Of a DNA stretch of 64,000 nucleotides, positions 37,772 to 47,400 are shown in pieces. The position numbers and the translations under genes were made by a program. Under the pieces are notes generated by a model, which did no database searches, was not told where the DNA came from, and worked only from the letters and a program-made list of their open reading frames with translations. The first letter of the stretch is position 1, and the number at the start of each line of letters is the position of its first letter. This stretch comes from an uncultured Prevotella sp. (lineage in GTDB: Bacteria; Bacteroidota; Bacteroidia; Bacteroidales; Bacteroidaceae): the NCBI GenBank assembly GCA_937914865.1, contig CALDMD010000103.1:6856-70855 (forward strand), given 5' to 3'.

Positions 37772-37782
37772 GTAGGGCTACT
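37211..37782 (+). repeat. 572-bp direct repeat, copy 2
   Basis: See copy 1. Identity begins abruptly inside the ORF and ends 11 nt after the stop codon. Confidence 0.95.
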
Positions 37783-37880
37783 TTACAGGTTTTGTTATGC
37801 AAACGCCATACTGAAGGGGCTGCTCTCGTTAAAAAAACAAATTTTTAGCTTATATATTCTGATTTTACATTATTAATGTG

Positions 37881-37888
37881 TAATTTTG
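37881..37888 (+). promoter_or_regulatory. -7 box (TAATTTTG) upstream of tig
   Basis: TAATTTTGCA lies about 105 nt upstream of the ATG at 37995. Confidence 0.45.
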
Positions 37889-37994
37889 CACTTCCGTGGA
37901 GTAGCCCTAATCGTGCCGAGCACAAAAACGCACGGTAAGGCATCTCAGAAACAGAATATAATAAGTAAAAACAATAAATACAAACAACGAAGAA

Positions 37995-39362
37995 ATGAAC
38001 ATTTCATTTGAAAATCCCGACAAAGTGAATGGTCTGTTGACTATCACAGTCGAAGAAGCAGATTTCAAGGACTCTGTCGAGAAGACTCTCAAGGACTATC
38101 GTAAAAGAGCTAACATCCCGGGCTTCCGTCCTGGTCAGGCTCCTATGGGTATGATCAAGCGTCAGTTTGGCGCTTCTGTACGCTACGACGCTGTAAACAA
38201 GTTCGTTGGCGAGCAGCTCTACAAATACATTAAGGACAACAACATCCAGATGCTCGGAGAGCCCCTCCCTTCAGAGAAGCAGGAGACACCTGCCGACATC
38301 GAGAAGCCGGCTCCTTACACCTTCGTGTTCGACATCGCTGTCGCTCCGGAGATCAACATCGAGCTCAACGGCCGCAACAAGATTGACTACTACACAATCA
38401 AGGCTGACGACAAGCTCGTAAACGAGCAGATCGAGATGTACCAGGGCCGTGCAGGCAAGTACGAGAAGGCAGAGGAGTATGATCCGGAGCAGAACGACCT
38501 CCTCAAGGGCGACCTCCGCGAGCTCGATGCAGAGGGCAACACTAAGGAAGGCGGCATCACCGTTGAGGGTGCTGTGCTTATGCCTTCTTATATCAAGGTG
38601 GACGAGCAGAAGGACCTCTTCAAGGGTGCCAAGCTCGGCGACATCATCACCTTCAATCCCCGCAAGGCTTATCCGGAGGGCGAGGCAGAGATTTCTTCTC
38701 TCCTCAAGATCGACCGCGAGCAGGCCAAGACCCTCGAGTCGAACTTCAGCTATCAGATTACCGAGATTCAGCGCTTCAAGAAGGCTGAGCTGGGTCAGGA
38801 GCTTTTCGACCAGGTGTTCGGCAAGGACGAGGTGAAGAGCGAGGAGGAATTCCGCAACAAGATCGTGGAGAGCCTCAAGCCGCAGCTCGAGACCAACTCC
38901 GACTATAAGTTCATGCTCGACGTGCGTGCATACTGCGAGAAGAAGGTGGGCGAGCTCACATGGCCTGACGCTCTTCTCAAGCGCGTTATGCTCCTCAACA
39001 ACAAGGACAAGGGTGAGGACTTCGTGGAGAAGAACTACGCAGAGAGCATCAAGCAGCTCGAGTGGCACCTCATCAAGGAGCAGCTCGTGAAGGCACAGAA
39101 CATCAAGGTTGACGACAACGACATCCGCGAGGCTGCCAAGGAGATGGCCCGTATGCAGTTCGCTCAGTACGGCATGACAAGCGTGCCCGAGGAGTACATT
39201 GACAACTACGCTGGCGAGCTTCTCAAGAAGCGCGAGGCTGTCGACAACTTCGTAGAGCGTGCCATTGACGTGAAACTCGCCGCCGCCCTCAAGGCAGCTG
39301 TTACGCTCAACAACAAGGAGGTGACACTCGACGAGTTCAACGAGATGATGAAGGAGAAGTAA
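37995..39362 (+). CDS. tig: trigger factor
   Basis: 455 aa. N-terminal ribosome-binding region with GFRPGQAPMGMIK (GFRxGxxP motif). Acidic C-terminal arm. Sits upstream of clpP-clpX. Confidence 0.9.
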   Translation: MNISFENPDKVNGLLTITVEEADFKDSVEKTLKDYRKRANIPGFRPGQAPMGMIKRQFGASVRYDAVNKFVGEQLYKYIKDNNIQMLGEPLPSEKQETPADIEKPAPYTFVFDIAVAPEINIELNGRNKIDYYTIKADDKLVNEQIEMYQGRAGKYEKAEEYDPEQNDLLKGDLRELDAEGNTKEGGITVEGAVLMPSYIKVDEQKDLFKGAKLGDIITFNPRKAYPEGEAEISSLLKIDREQAKTLESNFSYQITEIQRFKKAELGQELFDQVFGKDEVKSEEEFRNKIVESLKPQLETNSDYKFMLDVRAYCEKKVGELTWPDALLKRVMLLNNKDKGEDFVEKNYAESIKQLEWHLIKEQLVKAQNIKVDDNDIREAAKEMARMQFAQYGMTSVPEEYIDNYAGELLKKREAVDNFVERAIDVKLAAALKAAVTLNNKEVTLDEFNEMMKEK

Positions 39363-39432
39363 AAAAACGAAGGCGTGTCAAGACTTCCTTTTGGCACACA
39401 CTCTCGTTTTCAGAGTTTTATAAATAGTACAG

Positions 39433-39476
39433 GCCGCCTGCAGGTGAATAAGAAAATCACTTGCAGGCGGCTTTTT
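39433..39476 (+). terminator. rho-independent terminator after tig
   Basis: gccgcctgca ... tgcaggcggc followed by ttttt. Confidence 0.75.
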
Positions 39477-39523
39477 CTTGCAGAAAAATGCCTGCAGATA
39501 ACGACAGTTTTCCACTTTTTTTG

Positions 39524-39531
39524 TATCTTTG
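39524..39531 (+). promoter_or_regulatory. -7 box (TATCTTTG) upstream of clpP
   Basis: TATCTTTGTA lies about 50 nt upstream of the ATG at 39583. Confidence 0.45.
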
Positions 39532-39582
39532 TAAATAGATACACTTTTTCCGAACAGAAATAAATACATTTAGAACAAAAAT

Positions 39583-40245
39583 ATGAACGACTTCAGAAAA
39601 TTTGCAACAAGCCGAGGCGTCAGTGGAATGGTGCTCGACGACGTTATAAAGGCACAGGCGCAGTACCTCAACCCCTACATCCTTGAGGAACGCCAGCTCA
39701 ACGTCACGCAGATGGACGTCTTCTCGCGCCTCATGATGGACCGCATCATCTTCCTCGGCACCGAGATCAACGACTACACCGCCAACACCCTCTCCGCACA
39801 GCTCCTCTACCTCGACTCCGTAGACCCGGGCAAGGACATCTCCATCTACATCAACTCTCCCGGCGGAAGCGTGACAGCAGGTCTTGGCATATACGACACC
39901 ATGCAGTTTATCACCTCCGACGTGGCGACGATGTGTACGGGCATGGCGGCGTCTATGGCTGCCGTGTTGCTCGTGGCAGGACAGGAAGGCAAGCGCTCCG
40001 CTCTCAAGCATAGCCGCGTCATGATACACCAGCCTCTCGGTGGCGTGCAGGGCCAGGCGTCAGACATCGAGATTGAGGCACGCGAGATACAGAAGTTCAA
40101 GAAGGAACTCTACACCATCATCTCCGAACACTCGCACACGCCGTTCGACAAGGTGTGGGCAGACTCCGACCGCAACTACTGGATGACAGCAGAGGAGGCA
40201 AAGGAGTACGGAATGATCGACCAAGTAATGATCAGAAAGAAATAA
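39583..40245 (+). CDS. clpP: ATP-dependent Clp protease proteolytic subunit
   Basis: 220 aa. INSPGGSV, the catalytic GMAASMAA context, and IHQPLGG. Confidence 0.95.
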   Translation: MNDFRKFATSRGVSGMVLDDVIKAQAQYLNPYILEERQLNVTQMDVFSRLMMDRIIFLGTEINDYTANTLSAQLLYLDSVDPGKDISIYINSPGGSVTAGLGIYDTMQFITSDVATMCTGMAASMAAVLLVAGQEGKRSALKHSRVMIHQPLGGVQGQASDIEIEAREIQKFKKELYTIISEHSHTPFDKVWADSDRNYWMTAEEAKEYGMIDQVMIRKK

Positions 40246-40262
40246 AATTCCAAGAGAATAAA

Positions 40263-41498
40263 ATGCCAAAGAAAGTATGCAGCTTCTGTGGAAGAAGCGA
40301 GAAAGACGTCAACTTCCTCATCACCGGTCTCAACGGCTTCATCTGCGACCAGTGCGCACAGCAGGCTTATCAGATCGTGCTTGAGGCAGGCTTCGGACCC
40401 GAAGGGACGCGCAAGAACGACGACAAGTTTGCCCTCTCACTCACCGACGTGCCAAAGCCTACTGAGATAAAGAAATACCTCGACGAGTACATCATCGGGC
40501 AGGACGACGCCAAGAAATACCTCTCTGTAGCCGTCTACAACCACTACAAGCGTCTCCAGCAGCACTCCGACGGCAAGGACGACGACGGCGTGGAGATTGA
40601 GAAGAGCAACATCATCATGGTGGGCTCCACCGGAACCGGCAAGACCCTCCTCGCACGCACAATTGCCAAACTGCTGAAAGTGCCGTTCACCATCGTCGAC
40701 GCCACCGTCTTCACCGAGGCTGGCTACGTGGGCGAGGACGTGGAGAGCATCCTCTCGCGACTGCTCCAAGTGGCCGACTACGACGTGGCTGCCGCCGAGC
40801 GCGGCATCGTCTTCATCGACGAGATCGACAAGATTGCACGCAAGGCCGACAATCCGAGCATCACGCGCGACGTGAGCGGCGAGGGCGTGCAGCAAGGCTT
40901 GCTCAAGCTCCTTGAGGGCACGATGGTCAACGTGCCGCCAAAGGGAGGACGCAAGCACCCCGACCAGGACTACATCCATGTCGACACGCGCAACATCCTC
41001 TTCATCTGTGGCGGAGCCTTCGACGGCATCGAGCGCAAGATTGCACAGCGACTGAACACGCACGTCGTAGGATTCAACTCCGTGCAGAACGTGCGCCATC
41101 TCGACAAGGGCAACCTCATGAAGTATATCCTTCCGCAAGACCTCAAGTCGTTTGGCCTCATTCCTGAAATCATCGGTCGCCTTCCGGTGCTCACCTATCT
41201 CAACCCGCTCGACCGCGACGCCCTTAGGCGCATTCTTGTCGAGCCGAAGAACTCTATCATCAAGCAATACTGCAAACTGTTCGAGATGGACGGCATAAAG
41301 CTTGAGTTCACCCCAGAGACCTACGACTTCATCGTCGACAAGGCCGTAGAGTACAAACTCGGTGCGCGCGGACTGCGCTCCATTGTGGAGTCGATTGTTA
41401 TGGACGCCATGTTCGAGGCTCCTTCGGAGAAAATCGACACCTTCACCGTTACTCTCGACTACGCCAAGAAACAGCTTGAGAAGGCAAACCTGAAATAA
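40263..41498 (+). CDS. clpX: ATP-dependent Clp protease ATP-binding subunit ClpX
   Basis: ORF 40155-41498. The real start is [11 protein letters not shown] (zinc-finger CSFCG..CDQC) at 40263. Walker A GSTGTGKT, and IVFIDEIDK. Confidence 0.95.
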   Translation: MPKKVCSFCGRSEKDVNFLITGLNGFICDQCAQQAYQIVLEAGFGPEGTRKNDDKFALSLTDVPKPTEIKKYLDEYIIGQDDAKKYLSVAVYNHYKRLQQHSDGKDDDGVEIEKSNIIMVGSTGTGKTLLARTIAKLLKVPFTIVDATVFTEAGYVGEDVESILSRLLQVADYDVAAAERGIVFIDEIDKIARKADNPSITRDVSGEGVQQGLLKLLEGTMVNVPPKGGRKHPDQDYIHVDTRNILFICGGAFDGIERKIAQRLNTHVVGFNSVQNVRHLDKGNLMKYILPQDLKSFGLIPEIIGRLPVLTYLNPLDRDALRRILVEPKNSIIKQYCKLFEMDGIKLEFTPETYDFIVDKAVEYKLGARGLRSIVESIVMDAMFEAPSEKIDTFTVTLDYAKKQLEKANLK

Positions 41499-41625
41499 AA
41501 GTATATTGGAGTTGATGGAACTTATTGGTAGTTAGCCTGCATACGACAGGCACGAAGATGGCGGACGCGAGCGTAGCGGGCTAACTTCCATTAACTTCTG
41601 TATATCCAAGAAAAATCTTATTACT

Positions 41626-43800
41626 ATGACTGGGACAATTAACCTCAACGAAAAACTCAAACACTACTTCGGCTTCGACTCTTTCAAGGGCGAGCAGGAA
41701 GCCATCATACGCAATCTTCTTGACGGCAACGACACCTTTGTGCTCATGCCGACAGGAGGAGGAAAGAGCTTGTGCTATCAGTTGCCGTCACTCATTATGG
41801 ACGGCACGGCAATTGTCGTGTCGCCGCTCATAGCGCTGATGAAGAACCAGGTGGATGTCGTCAATTCGCTCACGGAGGAAAACGGACTTGCCCACTATCT
41901 CAACTCATCGCTCAACAAGGCTGCCGTGCAGCAGGTGTACAACGACGTGCACAGCGGACGCACCAAACTGCTCTACGTGGCGCCGGAGTCGCTCAACAAG
42001 GAGGAGAATCTCGCGTTCTTCCAGTCGTTCCCAATCTCTTTCTATGCCGTTGATGAGGCTCATTGCATCTCCGAATGGGGACACGACTTCCGTCCGGAAT
42101 ACCGCAACATACGCCCGACCATCAACAAGATAGGCAACGCCCCGGTCATAGCTCTCACCGCTACCGCCACCGACAAGGTGCGCATGGACATAAAGAAAAG
42201 CCTCGGCATCACCGATGCGCGGGAGTTTAAAAGCTCCTTCAACCGTCCCAACCTCTACTACGAGGTACGCCAGAAGACGAAGGACATCGACCGACAAATC
42301 ATAAAGTTCATCAAACAGCATCCCGGAAAGAGCGGCATCATCTACTGCATCTCGCGCAAGAAGGTGGAGGAACTCGCTGCCGTGCTCAAGGCCAACGAGA
42401 TAAAGGCGGCGCCCTATCACGCCGGACTCGACTCTGCCACGCGCTCGCAGACGCAGGACGACTTCCTCATGGAGCGCATCGACGTCATCGTCGCCACCAT
42501 TGCTTTCGGCATGGGCATCGACAAGCCCGACGTGCGATTCGTAATCCATTACGACATTCCGAAGAGCCTTGAGGGCTACTATCAGGAGACGGGTCGCGCC
42601 GGACGCGACGGCGGAGAGGGTATCTGCCTGGCGTTCTACGCCTACAAGGACTTGCAGAAACTGGAGAAGTTCATGGAAGGAAAACCCGTGGCTGAGCAGG
42701 ACATCGGACGCCAGCTCCTGCAGGAGACGGCAGCCTACGCTGAGTCGTCGGTGTGCCGCCGCAAGGTGCTCCTCCACTATTTCGGAGAGGAATATCCCCA
42801 CGACAACTGTGGCAACTGCGACAACTGCAAGCACCCGAAGGTGAAGCGCGACGGCAAGGAGGCTCTGCTCATCGTACTGCGCTCCATCATCGCCGTCAAG
42901 GAGGCGTTCAGGCAAGACTACATCATAGACTTCGTGAAGGGACGCGCCACTGACGACATCGTCTCCCACCATCATGACAAGCTTGAGGACTTCGGAGCCG
43001 GCGAGGACATGCCGGCAAAGATGTGGAACCCCGTGATACGCCAGGGTATGATAGCTGGCTATATCCACAAGGACATCGAGAGCTACGGATTGCTGAAGGT
43101 GACGGCGGCAGGCAGACGCTACCTTAAGAATCCCGTTGACTTCACATACGTTGAGGACACTGACTTCAGCGAAGCCGCCGACGATGAGACGGAGACAACG
43201 GTCTCTGCCCTCGACCCTACACTCTATTCAATGCTCGTCGACCTGCGCAAGCGCGTGGCACACAAGCAGAACCTCCCTGCCTACGTCATCTTCCAGGACG
43301 TGTCGCTTGAGCAGATGGCGACGATGTATCCCGTCTCCGTTGAAGACCTGCGCAACATTCAGGGGGTTGGCGTGGGAAAGGCCAACAGATATGGCAAGCC
43401 TTTCTGCGAACTTATCAGCCGCTACTGCAAGGAGAACGAGATAGAGCGGCCTGAGGAGCTCTTCGTGCGCACTGTAGCAAAGGACTCCATGAAAAAGGTA
43501 AAGATAATACAATACATCGACCGGCGTATGCCGCTCGACGACATCGCTTCCGCGCTCAATCTTGACTTCGACGAACTGCTTGGCGACCTTGACTCTATCG
43601 TCTATAGCGGCACGAAACTCAACATCGACTACTTCCTTGAGGATGTTATGGACGACGACCAGATAGATGACATCTACGAGTACTTCCGCGAGTCGGACAC
43701 GGACAGTATAGAAGCTGCCGTGGAAGAGCTTGGTGGTGACTATGAGGAGAACGAGATTAGGCTTGTGAGGATAAAGTTCCTCTCGGAGCAGGCCAACTAA
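41626..43800 (+). CDS. recQ: ATP-dependent DNA helicase RecQ
   Basis: 724 aa. PTGGGKSLCYQ, DEAHCISEWGHDFRP, RecQ zinc-binding CRRK..CGNCDNC, RQC and HRDC regions. Confidence 0.95.
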   Translation: MTGTINLNEKLKHYFGFDSFKGEQEAIIRNLLDGNDTFVLMPTGGGKSLCYQLPSLIMDGTAIVVSPLIALMKNQVDVVNSLTEENGLAHYLNSSLNKAAVQQVYNDVHSGRTKLLYVAPESLNKEENLAFFQSFPISFYAVDEAHCISEWGHDFRPEYRNIRPTINKIGNAPVIALTATATDKVRMDIKKSLGITDAREFKSSFNRPNLYYEVRQKTKDIDRQIIKFIKQHPGKSGIIYCISRKKVEELAAVLKANEIKAAPYHAGLDSATRSQTQDDFLMERIDVIVATIAFGMGIDKPDVRFVIHYDIPKSLEGYYQETGRAGRDGGEGICLAFYAYKDLQKLEKFMEGKPVAEQDIGRQLLQETAAYAESSVCRRKVLLHYFGEEYPHDNCGNCDNCKHPKVKRDGKEALLIVLRSIIAVKEAFRQDYIIDFVKGRATDDIVSHHHDKLEDFGAGEDMPAKMWNPVIRQGMIAGYIHKDIESYGLLKVTAAGRRYLKNPVDFTYVEDTDFSEAADDETETTVSALDPTLYSMLVDLRKRVAHKQNLPAYVIFQDVSLEQMATMYPVSVEDLRNIQGVGVGKANRYGKPFCELISRYCKENEIERPEELFVRTVAKDSMKKVKIIQYIDRRMPLDDIASALNLDFDELLGDLDSIVYSGTKLNIDYFLEDVMDDDQIDDIYEYFRESDTDSIEAAVEELGGDYEENEIRLVRIKFLSEQAN

Positions 43801-43878
43801 TCCTCCTCAACTGCAATAAACGTTTATGCGGGCTGTAAGCGCAGCCTACTCTTCATATTGGGGTATACGGTAATGACG

Positions 43879-43942
43879 CAACGCGCCCTGCAAGGGCAAA
43901 AGCTTAAACCAATTAATGCTTTTGCCCTTGCAGGGCGCGTTG
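43879..43942. terminator. 25-bp perfect-stem hairpin between convergent genes
   Basis: caacgcgccctgcaagggcaaaagc - 14-nt loop - gcttttgcccttgcagggcgcgttg. Confidence 0.6.
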
Positions 43943-44003
43943 TTTGATATGACCTTTATTCCCAGGGCGATGCCTTGGGCTATGGGCTTATTGGGCTTTC
44001 AGC

Positions 44004-44034
44004 CCGTGGCGGAGGTCTCCGGCCTCCGCCACGG
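44004..44034. repeat. 12-bp-stem GC hairpin; its left arm recurs at 44298-44314
   Basis: ccgtggcggagg-tctccgg-cctccgccacgg. A second ccgtggcggaggtctcc lies at about 44298. Confidence 0.7.
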
Positions 44035-44262
44035 ATAACTGGGAGAGGGGGCGCCCTCGCCCCCGATATACTCAAGTAGCTATAACTGGGAGAGGGGGCG
44101 CCCTCGCCCCCGATATACTCAAGTAGCTATAACTGGGAGAGGGGGCGCCCTCGCCCCCGACATACTCAAGTAGCTATAACTGGGAGAGGGGGCGCCCTCG
44201 CCCCCGACATACTCAAGCAGCTATAACTGGGAGAGGGGGCGCCCTCGCCCCCGACATATAAA
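44035..44262. repeat. 5 x 47-bp tandem REP-like array
   Basis: The unit is ataactgggagagggggcgccctcgcccccga[t/c]atactcaag[t/c]agct. Copies start at 44035, 44082, 44129, 44176 and 44223 (the last is truncated). Each holds the palindrome gggggcg-ccc-tcgccccc. Confidence 0.9.
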
Positions 44263-44328
44263 ACAATAACCAATGCGGGGGACAAAATACAAAATTGCCC
44301 TTTTATCCGTGGCGGAGGTCTCCCAATT

Positions 44329-44367
44329 ATGTATGTCGGGGGTGATGGCGCCCCCTCTCCCAGTTAG
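44329..44367. repeat. inverted, diverged copy of the 47-bp REP-like unit
   Basis: The reverse complement reads ctaactgggagagggggcgccatcacccccgacatacat. Confidence 0.8.
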
Positions 44368-44380
44368 TGTATGAAAGAGT

Positions 44381-44422
44381 AAGCCCCGAAATCCATGCCT
44401 TGCGGCTCGGATTTCGGGGCTT
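44381..44422 (-). terminator. 14-bp-stem hairpin downstream of the 1058-aa gene
   Basis: aagccccgaaatcc ... ggatttcggggctt lies 43 nt past the stop at 44465. The T-run is weak. Confidence 0.5.
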
Positions 44423-44464
44423 ACCGATTTTATGTGCATTAGGGCTTTATGTCCCTAAGCAGCC

Positions 44465-47400
44465 TTATTTCTCAATCTGAATCTTGCGTGTGACAGTCTC
44501 GCCGTTGACAACAGCCTTCACGACATAGACACCTGCGCTTACGCCGTCGAGCGAAACGGTGTTGCCCTTGGCTGAGGCTACAGTAGCACCGGCTGCCGAT
44601 ACGAGGTCAACAGACGTTACGCCGTCGCCATTGACGGTAATCTCGTTGTTGCCCTGGCGCACCTCGATGCGTGCGATGGTGTTGTCGCTGATGCCCGTTG
44701 TGCCGAGATAGAAGCGCGTGGCGTTGCCGCTGACAGCCTTCGAGGGCTGTACGGTGTAGTAGGCGTCGACGCTGATGGTGTGCTCCTTGGCGTCAGAAGT
44801 GCCGAAGTCGTAGTCGAACGAAGTAGTGGTCAGCATCTGCGTGTTCTTCTTCACACCGTCAACCTTCACGTCGTAACCATCGATAGGCATGCTGACGCCA
44901 GTAGGCGATGCAAGGCAGATGCCAATCATCCAGTTGGCGTAGGTGCCGTTGGAAGAAAGCGGATTCCATGATTCGCCGTCGAGAGAGTAGATGTCGGAGT
45001 ATCCAGACACCGGGTTGTTGCAGTCGATGGCGAGGGCAGGACTCTTCGGTGTCACGTCGTAGCAGTCGACAACAAGCTGGTATTGCGACTTCGAGTCGAC
45101 GGTGACAGGAGTGGTGAGCTCCACCTCGTTCCATTTGTTGAGCGTGTAGTCGTTCACCTCAGTCTCGCTCACGAGCTCACCGTCCTTGTAGATGTCGATG
45201 GTGAACGTGGCGTCAGAGAGCGGATAGAAGCGGGCGGCGCGTATAACGTAGCCGTTGCGGCCGCGGAATGTCTTCTGCGGATAGATGGCTCCAGCCTTGA
45301 TACCGTAGTTGTTTTCGGCAGGAGCTACGACTGCGCTGGTAGAAGGAGCGCCCGAGCAGTATTCCAGTTCCACGTTGTCGCGCACCTCAGGTGCCTTCCA
45401 TGTGGCTTTGACGGCAGTCTCGCTTGTGGCGTTCACGTTGACGCTGTTGACGCCGCTGAGCTGTGATTCGTCAGGCGTGACGGAGAGCTGCTTCTGGCTC
45501 TGCTCCGACTCGCTGCCGTTGTTGTACACTGCGCTCACGCCGATGGTGTGAGTACCCTCGGAAAGTCCGCTGACGATGTAGGAGAGATCGTTGGTGGTGC
45601 CGGAGAGCTTGTTGTCTGTGTAGACATTGTAGTTCTTGATGTCGTCCTTGCTGAGGTCGGCGCCGACGGGAGAGATAGTAGCGTCGATGATCCACGTAGC
45701 CTCGTAGAGGTAGTTCTCAGCCTGGAAGAGCTGTCCGGCAGAAGAGAAGTCGGGGTCGGACGTGTCGCGGAGCAGGTCGGAGTAGCCTTCAACAGCTCTA
45801 CCGTAGTCGAGGGCGTTGATGCTCATGGAAGCCTGTGTGACAGCCACCTCGGTGGCGATGATGAGATCGCCGTCGGGGAGATCCTGCGGAGTATTCAGCT
45901 TCACGACGTTGTGGGAGCCGTAGTTAAGCTCCTGCGTGACGGGCTGTGAATAGAGCAGCTTGAGTTTGCCTGCGTTGTCGTAGGTGTAGAGATTTATCTT
46001 CCATCCGCCCTGCTTCTCCATAGGGTAGAAGCCAACGGACGTGATTTTCTGTCCCTTGTAGGCAGCCACCTGCGTCTTGTCGAAGCGTATTGCCGTCTCG
46101 TAGCTGGCGTCTGTCGTGCCGAGACCGAATGTCTCGATGTCGGCGTCCTCCGAGTTGTAGTAAGTCAGCGAGCTGAAGTTGGTGGCTGGCTTAGTCCATT
46201 CAACGTAGGCGGAGTTGTAGCCGTGCTGCTGCGTGAAGATACCCTCCGGAGTGGAGAGCTTTTGGGCTGCCACCGTTGTTGTCACCTCGGCGCTCTTCTC
46301 GCTCTCTGTTGAGCCGTATACGGCGCTGACGGTGTAGGTGTGGCTGCCGTTGCTGACGTTAGAGTCGACGAACGATTCGTCGGTTACGACGGCGGAGTTC
46401 ACCTTGTTGCCGTCGCGGAAGACATTGTAGCCCGTAATGCCTTGCGCCATTACGTTAGGCTTCCATGCAACGAGCACAGAGTTTTGACCTGACAGCTGCG
46501 ACGCCTTCACGCTAACTGGGCAGAGGCCCGACGTGGCTTGGTTGAACTTCACTACCATTGACTGCATGGAGATGGAGTACTGGCCGTTTGCGTCCTTGTC
46601 GTCGTTGTAGTACTGGAATCCCATCACGTTGTCGTCGGCGGACACTGTGGAGGCACGCGAAATCTGATAGAGCGTGTTGCCGTCGCTGTCGGTGGTGTTG
46701 TTTGGGTCGACGAAGATGTGGTGGGTGGAGAGGTCGATGCCCTTATCCTTCAGGTATTTGTAGGCGTAGGAGCACTTGCCGTCCTGATAGATGTAGCCCA
46801 GCTCGCCCAGTTCGCACATGATGGTGCCCTTGTTGCTGATATCAAAGAAGTCGAAGTTCTCCTCGGTGTCGGGTACCACCACTTTGTGAGTGCCGGAGGC
46901 GAGGTCGTAGACGGCTCTTGCTCCGTATTGGTCGCCCTGCTGCTCCCATCCGCCGAAGTAGAGTAGGCTCTTGCCGTCGGGCGAGAACTTGCGTACCGAG
47001 CTGAACGGTGACTCGTAGTCGGTGATGGTGGTGTACTTGCCGTCGCTACCCCAGTAGCAAGCCTGGCGGTTCTGGTCCATAATCCATCCGCCTACGTACT
47101 GTCCGTCGGGCGAGATGGCGTAAGGCATAGAGACGCCGTTCTTGGCTTCAAGAACGCGGTTGATCTTGCCGTCCTTCCACACGTAGCCGATGTACTGGCC
47201 GTTCTCCTCGACGTGTCCCGTGATGTAGTGGCCGTCGGGGGTGATGCTGCTGGCTCCCGACTGCGACACGGTGGAGGTAGGCATCTCAAGGCGGTTCCAC
47301 TTGTGGTTGGCCCAATAGCCTGCAAGCGTCACGGAAGCGCCGTTGGAACGGTAGGTGTTGTCGGAGAACTCTCCGACAACGACGCCGTCGTTAGAGACGC

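Noticed and set aside
35672-37782. The 572-bp repeat pair as a diversity-generating retroelement TR/VR pair.
   Set aside because: There is only one difference, a synonymous C/T and not an adenine-specific change. The repeats are far longer than typical TR/VR. No reverse transcriptase or accessory gene is nearby.
37772-37912. A 10-bp inverted repeat (tagggctact at 37773-37782, agtagcccta at 37902-37911) bracketing the tig promoter box, as a possible invertible promoter.
   Set aside because: The inverted repeat is only 10 bp and the enclosed segment only about 119 bp. No recombinase is nearby, and tig is a housekeeping gene. More likely a chance match or a scrap of the S8 ..RATP.. relic sequence.
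40155-40262. Upstream extension of the clpX ORF that overlaps the end of clpP.
   Set aside because: The extension ([15 protein letters not shown]..) has no ClpX homology and overlaps clpP in another frame. The conserved ClpX N-terminus [11 protein letters not shown] (zinc finger) begins at 40263.
44035-44262. The 47-bp repeat array as a CRISPR array.
   Set aside because: The whole 47-bp unit repeats head-to-tail with no unique spacers. There are only point differences between copies. No cas genes or leader are in the window. Solo and inverted copies exist elsewhere. This is REP-like tandem array behaviour, not CRISPR.
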